Source: a virus
Taxonomy: Duplodnaviria > Heunggongvirae > Uroviricota > Caudoviricetes
DNA: 6,232 nucleotides
Strand: one strand, 5' to 3'
IMG/VR virus record: IMGVR_UViG_2698536640_000019
Location: 1 to 6,232 of that record
Positions 1 through 6,001 of this stretch are shown here, piece by piece; the stretch's first letter is position 1, and every line of letters begins with the position of its first letter. A program made the position numbers and the translations under genes. The notes beneath the pieces are model-generated. The model did no database searches. It was not told the origin of the DNA and saw nothing but the letters and a program-made list of their open reading frames with translations.

Positions 1-174
1 ACGCGGAATATCATAAAAACCGTTACGGTCCGTCAGCACACCGGCATCGACCGCATCACGCAGAAAATAAACCATGGAGGATAGCGGCATATTCATTTTT
101 TCTGCCAGAGAACGACTGGTCAGACGGCCAGAAAAACGCAGCCAGCTTTTAACCCCTTCAAGCACTTTTGCATC
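1..174 (-). CDS. Hypothetical protein, 5' part only (runs off the left edge of the window); possible next gene of the early operon
   Basis: Manual minus-strand translation from the ATG at 174-172 stays open to position 1 (about 58 codons, MQKCFEGVKSWLRFSGRLTSRSLAEKMNMPLSSMVYFLRDAVDAGVLTDRNGFYDIPR). It starts 9 nt after the stop of the upstream 192-aa gene and is co-oriented with the operon. No clear Shine-Dalgarno sequence; it competes with a plus-strand ORF at 74-316. Confidence 0.3.
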
Positions 175-183
175 AATCATGAA

Positions 184-762
184 TTATTCCTCCGTTATTG
201 CGATGAATTCGGAATGCTTGATTGCCATCAATGACGGATGCAGCTTTTCAGGGGAAAAGGCATTATCTGATTCACCGACAGGAATACGAACCACAACAGC
301 CCCTTTGTCGCCATAGAACCCGGCAGAAGAGCACGCCATAACTGTGCGGCCGTTGCTGACACCAAAAACCTCAAAATAGCAGTCCAGTTTATTAACCATC
401 CAGATACTGAATGCCGGAAGCTGTTTTAACTTCTCGTTTAAGATATTCAGTGCTTTGTTCAGTTTTTTTCCCTCTCGGAATCTGCGGTCGGGCTTAACTG
501 AAAATAAAGTACGGCCATCTTCATCAAATTTATCAGACAACACCCGTTTATTTCTTCCGACATCAACATCCTCATGCACCAGTATTGATTTGACAAAAAA
601 ATCCCCACAATACCAGGAACAACAATACCCTCTGGCATTCTGATTACTGAGAAAATCATCAATCAATTTCTGGCGCTCCCTGCCAACACAATCAAGCCAT
701 TCCCTGTGATAATGACGGGAATCGCTCTCATTCATTTTAAAATAACGATATTTTATACTCAT
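184..762 (-). CDS. Hypothetical 192-aa protein downstream of gam, with a CCxxxC cysteine motif (GYCCSWYCGDFF); function unknown
   Basis: Open reading frame from the ORF track. I prefer the internal ATG at 762-760 (MSIKYRYFKM...) because a GAGG lies 6 nt upstream; the track's start at 774 has no Shine-Dalgarno sequence. Stop TAA at 184-186. Co-oriented with gam, 84 nt downstream of it. The DNA looks AT-richer than the A/B genes by eye. No family recognised. Confidence 0.6.
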   Translation of the reverse strand: MSIKYRYFKMNESDSRHYHREWLDCVGRERQKLIDDFLSNQNARGYCCSWYCGDFFVKSILVHEDVDVGRNKRVLSDKFDEDGRTLFSVKPDRRFREGKKLNKALNILNEKLKQLPAFSIWMVNKLDCYFEVFGVSNGRTVMACSSAGFYGDKGAVVVRIPVGESDNAFSPEKLHPSLMAIKHSEFIAITEE

Positions 763-846
763 GATATGCCTCATTCAGGCGCGAGCAGTCCCCTGACGCA
801 AGCGCCATAATTAAAACGATGTGATATTTAAAGATTTAATGCGGTG

Positions 847-1377
847 TTATTTATTCAGTCCGGCGTCCTGTTCAAAAGGCTCGACATGAAAACTTTCAGC
901 GCCTTTATTCACCTTAATACCAGCAATCCCTTTCACCGCATCCGGCTCTGCCAGGACAGCTTGCTTATTCACTTCCTCTTTCGTGCGGATGAAGCGCTCA
1001 AGCCCCATACGACGCAGCATTTCAATCACACCTTCCACATCACGACTGACGCTGCATGATGGATTTCCCAGCCGCCATGACACCGTTCCGGTGGTCAGAT
1101 TGGCAGTTTTGGTTTCGCCGCCGTTCGTCAGCTCATTGCGGTTGGTTTTACACCAGTCATGAATCCCCTTAAAAAGCACTTTGATTTCTTTTTTAAGGTT
1201 TTCAATCTGCGGCGTATAACGGGCGGTGATTTCTGCCACTTCATCATTCATTGCCGTTTCCAGGCGCAGCGCCTCTCGCTGAATATCGCCCAGGGTGCGG
1301 ATATCGCGGCTGACCTCTTCACGGGTCTGCGGTGCCGCCTCTGCTGCGGCCTTTAATTTTGTAACGCGTTTTGCCAT
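847..1377 (-). CDS. gam: Host-nuclease inhibitor protein Gam (Mu Gam / Ku-like double-strand-end binding protein)
   Basis: 176-aa product. From memory it matches Mu Gam (about 174 aa) in motifs such as LQRE..RLET.MND..AEIT, ELTNGG..KTANL.TG.VSWR and RFIRTK.E.NK.A.L.EP.AV.G.AGI.V..G.E.F...PFEQ.AG. ATG at 1377-1375 is preceded by AAGGA; it sits 11 nt downstream of the preceding gene. Confidence 0.9.
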   Translation of the reverse strand: MAKRVTKLKAAAEAAPQTREEVSRDIRTLGDIQREALRLETAMNDEVAEITARYTPQIENLKKEIKVLFKGIHDWCKTNRNELTNGGETKTANLTTGTVSWRLGNPSCSVSRDVEGVIEMLRRMGLERFIRTKEEVNKQAVLAEPDAVKGIAGIKVNKGAESFHVEPFEQDAGLNK

Positions 1378-1388
1378 TTTGTTTTTCC

Positions 1389-1682
1389 TTATTGCAATGT
1401 ATCTGGTGCGTTCTGCAAAGAACGGCGCTCAATGCTGCTTTTCACCCCCATAGCCTGCATGGAACCCTGTAGTTCATCTGTCAGAAACTGAATAATTGTG
1501 GGGCTGTGATATTTAAGAATTTGTGCATAAACATCACAGGGTCCTGCCGGTCTGTTCTCTGTATCACGTTCGATTTTTACCGTGGCAGTAACCCCCTCTG
1601 TGATTTCCTTACTATCATTACCGGCTGGCTTTACTTCATGCATTACGTGGTCAAATTCAAAAATAACGCGTACTTTGCTCAT
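1389..1682 (-). CDS. Small hypothetical protein (97 aa), paralogue of the adjacent 78-aa protein
   Basis: The ORF-track frame is trimmed to the internal ATG at 1682-1680 (MSKVRVIFEFDH...). Its N-terminus matches the neighbouring gene's MSKVVRIIFEYKEH, and the first 30 nt or so are also similar at DNA level. Stop TAA at 1389-1391, 11 nt before the gam start. Confidence 0.6.
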   Translation of the reverse strand: MSKVRVIFEFDHVMHEVKPAGNDSKEITEGVTATVKIERDTENRPAGPCDVYAQILKYHSPTIIQFLTDELQGSMQAMGVKSSIERRSLQNAPDTLQ

Positions 1683-1722
1683 GGAATTACCCCTGCTGAT
1701 TAAATTCATTACCTTTAATAAC

Positions 1723-1959
1723 CTAGGAACTCATGTCCATATCTTTCATGAGCGCACTGGCTTTCATTGCCACAAGTTCAGTAAAGTCTCTGCTTTCCGC
1801 GAGCATAACCACCCCAAAAATCATGGCAGGTCCATCACCTTTCTGCTTTATCCCGGTTGAACGTATGTCCAGACTTACCCCCATGCGCACTGTTCCATCC
1901 GCGTTTTTATGGATAACGTGCTCCTTGTATTCGAAAATAATGCGTACAACTTTACTCAT
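1723..1959 (-). CDS. Small hypothetical protein (78 aa), paralogue of the adjacent 97-aa protein
   Basis: The ORF-track frame (1723-2058) is trimmed to the internal ATG at 1959-1957 (MSKVVRIIFEYKEHVIHK...), which has GAGGACCAGAGG immediately upstream as a Shine-Dalgarno sequence. The longer track start would overlap the upstream 210-aa gene. Stop TAG at 1723-1725. Confidence 0.6.
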   Translation of the reverse strand: MSKVVRIIFEYKEHVIHKNADGTVRMGVSLDIRSTGIKQKGDGPAMIFGVVMLAESRDFTELVAMKASALMKDMDMSS

Positions 1960-2033
1960 CCTCTGGTCCTCGTTTTGTTCGGATAACTGACCCGGCGTCT
2001 GACCTGATGACAGAGCCGAACCATGAAGCAACT

Positions 2034-2666
2034 TCATACTTCCCAGTAAACCGTGCATCCGCTTATACGGGTGGCCTTCACACGGCGGCGCAGGCCGTTG
2101 GTCTTAACGGTGATTTCAATTTCACCGGTTCCCTTAACTTCGTTTACCGGCGGCGTGGTTTTCAGTGCAAAACGTTGCGGGTAGCGTTTGCTGCGCTCCA
2201 GTACCGCACCAGCAAGTTCAGTCAGGCGGCGGGCGTTATTCAGTGAATCAAACAAATTCATAGGGAACTCCGGTTGTATCAGTAATGGATTCATGCGCAA
2301 TGCAGCCAGCTCTGACAGGAAGCCTCGATTAACTTTACCCATCCCCGGAATTTTTCGGGTTTCGCCACGCATGATTGCACGAAGAATGGAGTAACCGTGT
2401 CGCCACCCCTGGCGATAATCATCCATAATCAGAAAACCAAAGCGCAGGCTTTCCCATACATCCACATCAAAGCATTCATGATTAAAACGGCGTCTGATGG
2501 AATCAAGTTGCATGTCTGCATACCACTGATACAGGTCTATATACAGAAAACACACACCATCACCGTCCATCAATTCATAGATATAATCACAAACCTCCCC
2601 GTCATCGACGTTAAACTCACGAAAGCTGTGGAGAACATTGATTTCCTGCTGTATCTGCATTTTCAT
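2034..2666 (-). CDS. Hypothetical 210-aa protein with an acidic, Trp/Tyr-rich N-terminal half and a basic, Arg/Lys-rich C-terminal half; function unknown
   Basis: Open reading frame from the ORF track. ATG at 2666-2664 is preceded by GAGAGG and lies 12 nt downstream of the 73-aa gene stop. By manual count the N-terminal 88 residues or so have about 18 Asp/Glu against about 7 basic residues; the C-terminal half has about 22 Arg/Lys against about 11 acidic. The DNA under the N-half looks AT-rich and under the C-half GC-rich. No family recognised. Confidence 0.65.
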   Translation of the reverse strand: MKMQIQQEINVLHSFREFNVDDGEVCDYIYELMDGDGVCFLYIDLYQWYADMQLDSIRRRFNHECFDVDVWESLRFGFLIMDDYRQGWRHGYSILRAIMRGETRKIPGMGKVNRGFLSELAALRMNPLLIQPEFPMNLFDSLNNARRLTELAGAVLERSKRYPQRFALKTTPPVNEVKGTGEIEITVKTNGLRRRVKATRISGCTVYWEV

Positions 2667-2678
2667 ATAACCTCTCGT

Positions 2679-2900
2679 TTAACTAACCCGTCTTGCACCG
2701 ATAAAGCGACAAATATTGCTGTAAGCTTCTTTCGCACCTTCACGATCAAGTCCTGCCGATATTGCCATTCGGGTGCGATCATTAAATTCAAAGAGTAAAT
2801 CGCCACATTCTTCACTGTCAGACATGGAGACTGCTTTGACGTTATCGAAATTAACCAGGTAAAAGCGTCCGTAAATATCAGGAATATTAAATACAGCCAT
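2679..2900 (-). CDS. Small hypothetical protein (73 aa) immediately downstream of B, in the position occupied by kil in phage Mu
   Basis: ATG at 2900-2898 lies 2 nt after the B stop (TGA-tt-ATG) with AGG upstream. The ORF track extends to a GTG at 2906 that overlaps the B stop. The kil comparison rests on position and size only (Mu Kil is about 74 aa); I cannot confirm sequence similarity from memory. Confidence 0.5.
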   Translation of the reverse strand: MAVFNIPDIYGRFYLVNFDNVKAVSMSDSEECGDLLFEFNDRTRMAISAGLDREGAKEAYSNICRFIGARRVS

Positions 2901-2902
2901 AA

Positions 2903-3835
2903 TCACACCTGCGAGAGTAATTCAGGGTTGGTATAAACCTCTTTAAAGGCCGCATTAATATGTTTTTCTGTCAGCGCCGCGCCTTCACCGCTGGCGGTGA
3001 GCCACGCCTGGTTAAGCGTATGTGTCAGAACGCGTAACGCTCCCGGCTTTTCAGCGATAGCCTGCATGACGGCCAGCTCGGCCTCACCACTGATTCCCCA
3101 TGCCATGGCAATGGCCAGCACATCCGCCTTTTTGGCCTTGCGAAGTTGTTTTGTACGGGCAAGACGGCTGAACAGGCGCGATAAATCATCAAAGGCGCGG
3201 CGTCCACCTTTAAACAATCCGCGCGGGTTACCAATAAGCACCATCCCGATCCCCGTGGCGTCCTGAATTGCCCGGAGTTGCTCCAGACCGTCAATACCAA
3301 GATGATCCGCCTCATCCACAATCACCAGTCCACGCGTTCCCATCAGGCGACGGCGGATGGCGCGGGATAACGCCCCTTTGTTCGCGCGGGTATAATCAAT
3401 CCCCAGCGCATCGGCCAGCTCCAGCAGACACTCCGTGACGCTGGAATGCGCGGGAGACAGGGTGATCATCCAGGTGTTTGGTTGCTCCTGGCAGTAATTA
3501 CGGGCGGTGGCCGTTTTACCCACCCCGGGCACGCCCACTATGACGTTAATACAGCCCATCAGGCGGACCGCCTGAAACAGTGCGCGCAGCTCCTGGACTG
3601 TCTGTGTTTCCACAAACTGCGGCGGCTCCGGCAGAGAAGGCCGCTTTTTCCAGTCTTTGTACCAGGAGCGCATAGTCGCCGCGATAGCATCATTGTCTCC
3701 TTTATATTTCCCCTTGCGGAAAGCCGATAATGTACCGTCGGAAATTCCCGCCTCTCTGGCGATGACATACTGCGTCAGTACGCCGCCATCAATGAGTTCA
3801 TCAATGGTCTTGATTACATCGTTAATATCGGTCAT
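2903..3835 (-). CDS. B: MuB-like transposition ATPase / target DNA activator
   Basis: 310-aa product. From memory it matches Mu B (about 312 aa) in the motifs LPEPP.FVETQTV, the Walker A region G.PGVGKT, WMIT..P, L.E.DEADHLG, LSRA.RRRL.GT.GLVI.DEADHL, AKKADV.AIA.AW and AEKPGALR.L.H.L. ATG at 3835-3833 is preceded by GAGGT. Confidence 0.9.
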   Translation of the reverse strand: MTDINDVIKTIDELIDGGVLTQYVIAREAGISDGTLSAFRKGKYKGDNDAIAATMRSWYKDWKKRPSLPEPPQFVETQTVQELRALFQAVRLMGCINVIVGVPGVGKTATARNYCQEQPNTWMITLSPAHSSVTECLLELADALGIDYTRANKGALSRAIRRRLMGTRGLVIVDEADHLGIDGLEQLRAIQDATGIGMVLIGNPRGLFKGGRRAFDDLSRLFSRLARTKQLRKAKKADVLAIAMAWGISGEAELAVMQAIAEKPGALRVLTHTLNQAWLTASGEGAALTEKHINAAFKEVYTNPELLSQV

Positions 3836-3877
3836 ATTATTACCTCGCGTTTATATAGATACCTTTGTTTAATCAAA

Positions 3878-3910
3878 TAACCTGAGTCGCCCCTCGGGTT
3901 ATTTTTTTAT
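3878..3910 (+). terminator. Candidate intrinsic-terminator-like stem-loop in the A-B intergenic region
   Basis: On the plus strand, taaCCTGAG (3878-3886) pairs with CTCGGGtta (3893-3901) as a 9-bp stem with one U-G wobble and a 6-nt loop (tcgccc), followed by tTTTTTTTaTTT. On the minus (operon) strand the stem is weaker (the wobble becomes a C-A mismatch) and the following U-tract is interrupted. Identified by eye; not energy-evaluated. Confidence 0.3.
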
Positions 3911-3911
3911 T

Positions 3912-5999
3912 TCAGGCCAGCGGATCACTTTCTTTTAATTTCGCTTCGAGCAGTTGCAATCCCCGCTGGAAATTACGCTCGTATTCTTCGTCAGTTTCAT
4001 CATCAGCGACCGGTTGCTGAACGGTCACCGTATTACCCACAGGGCGGTATATATTTTCCAGCCATGGCTCCTGTGGCTTGTGCTCCAGCACGTTGACAAC
4101 CTCATCCTCGGCATCACGGATTTTTTCCTCTGCGCGTTTACGCATACCTTTAAGGCGCTGCTGCTGTTTGTAGTATTCCGCGCTGACCGGGAAGGCTTCG
4201 CGTTTATTGCCGTCCCATACCGCCTCGCAAATCACGCTGCCATCCTGGCGACGCACGGTAATTCGTTCGGCATCATGAATGTCATAGCTGATAAGCACTT
4301 TGCGGCCATGTTCATCACGCAGCTCGGGCGCGTAGTAAATATTATTCAGCCAGCGTATTTCACAGCGTCTTACAGGGCGTTCCACCATCGGCCGGAACAT
4401 GTCCCGCAATTCCACATCGGACAGCCATTCAATTTCCGTGTCCTCTTCTGCCAGGCGTTTTTTTCTGAACTCCGCCGGGCTGTAATGTTTACCGTTCGGC
4501 TTCATGGGTAATTCATCGTGCGGCCGGTTGTTGTACCACTCAACGCCGTCACGAATGGCATCAATCAGTTCAGACCAGGACGGTAAATCACGCATCGCTG
4601 ACTGCTGCCGGGCGTTCAGCCGCTTGCCCTGTTGCAGGGCAGTGAATGCCGAGCGTAAATCGCGGTTGGTTTTGCGTAACGTCTCGCGATCTGCACCTTT
4701 CCCGAAATAGGTGCGGTATTTACGGGCTATGCGCATCGGTAATGTGCGGTTAAGCCGTTCGATAATGCCCCGTCCCTGCGGATTACCGGCAATCCCGGTC
4801 GGGTGATTAATCCCCAGTCGCGGTAGTATCCCCACAACCTCCTTATCCAGGATGTCGGCGGTTTCCCCGGAGCCATTATCCGAGTAATACAGAAACGGTT
4901 TGCCGTGATGTCGAATACCGTGCTGTATGGCACCGGCTACGGCGAAAACATTTTCAGCCAGGTCAAGGCTCCAGCCCACCACAAAGCGTGTACCGCCATC
5001 GATAACAAAGGTTACTTCCGGTGCAAATGGCCGCCCGTGAACCGGGTGCCTGCATTTCAGCTTCATGCCGTGACCGTCACCAATCCAGACATAGTTCACC
5101 GGCATTCTGGACCAGTCGCGGCGCGTGAATCCCTCAAGCTGGCGGTATTCACTGCCGGTCACCCGGCCTTTTTGTTTCACCACTTCCGGCAGTTTCTTCA
5201 TTGCGCGGCGAATGGTGTCATAAGACGGCATGATATCGAGCATATAAGGCTCATCAGCGTGCCGGTGCTGCCATTCAGCGACAAAATCCTCGTAAGCCTC
5301 GGTCATTGGTCGGCCGTTTGACTGGCGATACTGCGCCAGAAATTCGGGCAGCCAGTTAATATCTTCGGCTTTTATTTCCTGGCGCTTACCAGGTGCCAGC
5401 AAAAGCAGGCGTTCAGCGGCGTTCTGCGCCTTGTTAAAGGCTGCAATCCAGCGTTTCAGCGTGATTTCACTCAACGCGCGGCGGTTTCCCTTTTTGGCGT
5501 TCGCCGTCTCAACCATTGCCACAATGCGCTCGTCCAGTTGTGAACGTGCCAGGTTGTCAACGATAAACCGGATAGCCTTCGCGCAGCTGAAACCGGGTTG
5601 TTGCGCGACTTTCAGCACCTCGCTGACGATCGCGATTCGTGCCTCTGCCACTTTACGTTGGTTTTCAGTCAGGGCATTCAGGCGTTCGACCATCAGTTGT
5701 GGTGATCCGCGATATGCCTCCACCGCATCAACCACGACAGGTGAGCGTCTGGCCTTTGTCACCACCGGAGCCGGTGATTCATCGGCTTTTTGCGTCATCA
5801 GTTGCAGGGCGTAGCGTTCACGTAATGCCTGCTGCGTCACTTCAGGTAAACAGTCGATGCTGTATTCAAAACCTTTAGTGCCTTCCTGGCGGCGTCTGCT
5901 GGTTTCGCTGGTTGCATACTTCCTGATTGAATAGCGGACGCCTTGCTCCGTTCCCGGCATTCCCGGTAATCCAACCAGCTCTTTAACTGAAGCAAACAT
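3912..5999 (-). CDS. A: MuA-like DDE transposase (phage Mu transposase A family)
   Basis: 695-aa product. The N-terminus (VKELVGLPGMPGTEQGV...RRQEGTKGFEYSIDCLPEV) resembles the MuA end/enhancer-binding winged-helix domain. A candidate DDE core is present: WIGDGHG, then YYSDNGSG, then GRGIIERLNRTL. It lies directly downstream of ner (TAA-tt-ATG) and upstream of the B homologue, the canonical Mu order. Confidence 0.92.
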   Translation of the reverse strand: MFASVKELVGLPGMPGTEQGVRYSIRKYATSETSRRRQEGTKGFEYSIDCLPEVTQQALRERYALQLMTQKADESPAPVVTKARRSPVVVDAVEAYRGSPQLMVERLNALTENQRKVAEARIAIVSEVLKVAQQPGFSCAKAIRFIVDNLARSQLDERIVAMVETANAKKGNRRALSEITLKRWIAAFNKAQNAAERLLLLAPGKRQEIKAEDINWLPEFLAQYRQSNGRPMTEAYEDFVAEWQHRHADEPYMLDIMPSYDTIRRAMKKLPEVVKQKGRVTGSEYRQLEGFTRRDWSRMPVNYVWIGDGHGMKLKCRHPVHGRPFAPEVTFVIDGGTRFVVGWSLDLAENVFAVAGAIQHGIRHHGKPFLYYSDNGSGETADILDKEVVGILPRLGINHPTGIAGNPQGRGIIERLNRTLPMRIARKYRTYFGKGADRETLRKTNRDLRSAFTALQQGKRLNARQQSAMRDLPSWSELIDAIRDGVEWYNNRPHDELPMKPNGKHYSPAEFRKKRLAEEDTEIEWLSDVELRDMFRPMVERPVRRCEIRWLNNIYYAPELRDEHGRKVLISYDIHDAERITVRRQDGSVICEAVWDGNKREAFPVSAEYYKQQQRLKGMRKRAEEKIRDAEDEVVNVLEHKPQEPWLENIYRPVGNTVTVQQPVADDETDEEYERNFQRGLQLLEAKLKESDPLA

Positions 6000-6001
6000 A
6001 A

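Noticed and set aside
74-316. Plus-strand ORF 74-316 (80 aa)
   Set aside because: It overlaps the 3' end of the 192-aa minus-strand gene and the partial minus-strand ORF at the left edge, and it is not co-oriented with the operon. Kept only as an alternative to the low-confidence partial ORF at 1-174.
455-1356. Short ORFs nested in the 192-aa gene and in gam (455-643 +, 459-662 -, 844-1059 +, 1159-1356 +)
   Set aside because: They are nested within or antisense to better-supported CDSs; Gam is recognisable in its own frame.
1506-1990. Plus-strand ORFs 1506-1703, 1582-1860 and 1733-1990 across the paralogue pair
   Set aside because: They are antisense to the two small genes, which share conserved N-termini and have Shine-Dalgarno sequences; likely shadow ORFs.
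1977-2021. Inverted repeat GTTCGG ... CCGAAC in the spacer between the 210-aa gene and the first paralogue
   Set aside because: Only 6 bp of stem with a loop of about 33 nt and no adjacent U-tract; too weak to call a terminator or regulatory hairpin.
1960-2058. N-terminal extensions in the ORF track (start at 2058 for the 78-aa gene, 1709 for the 97-aa gene, 774 for the 192-aa gene, GTG at 2906 for the 73-aa gene)
   Set aside because: The internal ATGs have better Shine-Dalgarno sequences, avoid overlap with the upstream genes and make the two paralogues start identically (MSKV...). The longer forms are therefore probably artefacts of ORF calling.
2188-2798. Plus-strand ORFs 2188-2394 and 2397-2798, antisense to the 210-aa and 73-aa genes
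   Set aside because: They are antisense to co-oriented operon genes that have good Shine-Dalgarno sequences; the AT-rich sequence gives long open frames by chance. A real antisense gene cannot be excluded without expression data.
2997-3768. ORFs overlapping the B gene on both strands (2997-3266 +, 3025-3321 -, 3446-3730 +, 3559-3768 -)
   Set aside because: They overlap the MuB-like CDS in other frames or antisense, and the products are Arg/Ser/Cys-rich in the way typical of out-of-frame translation of GC-rich coding DNA.
3954-5878. Plus-strand ORFs inside the transposase gene (3954-4511, 4504-4710, 4905-5321, 5431-5814, 5639-5878)
   Set aside because: They lie antisense to a long minus-strand CDS with recognisable MuA motifs and have no obvious ribosome-binding sites, so they are most likely shadow ORFs.
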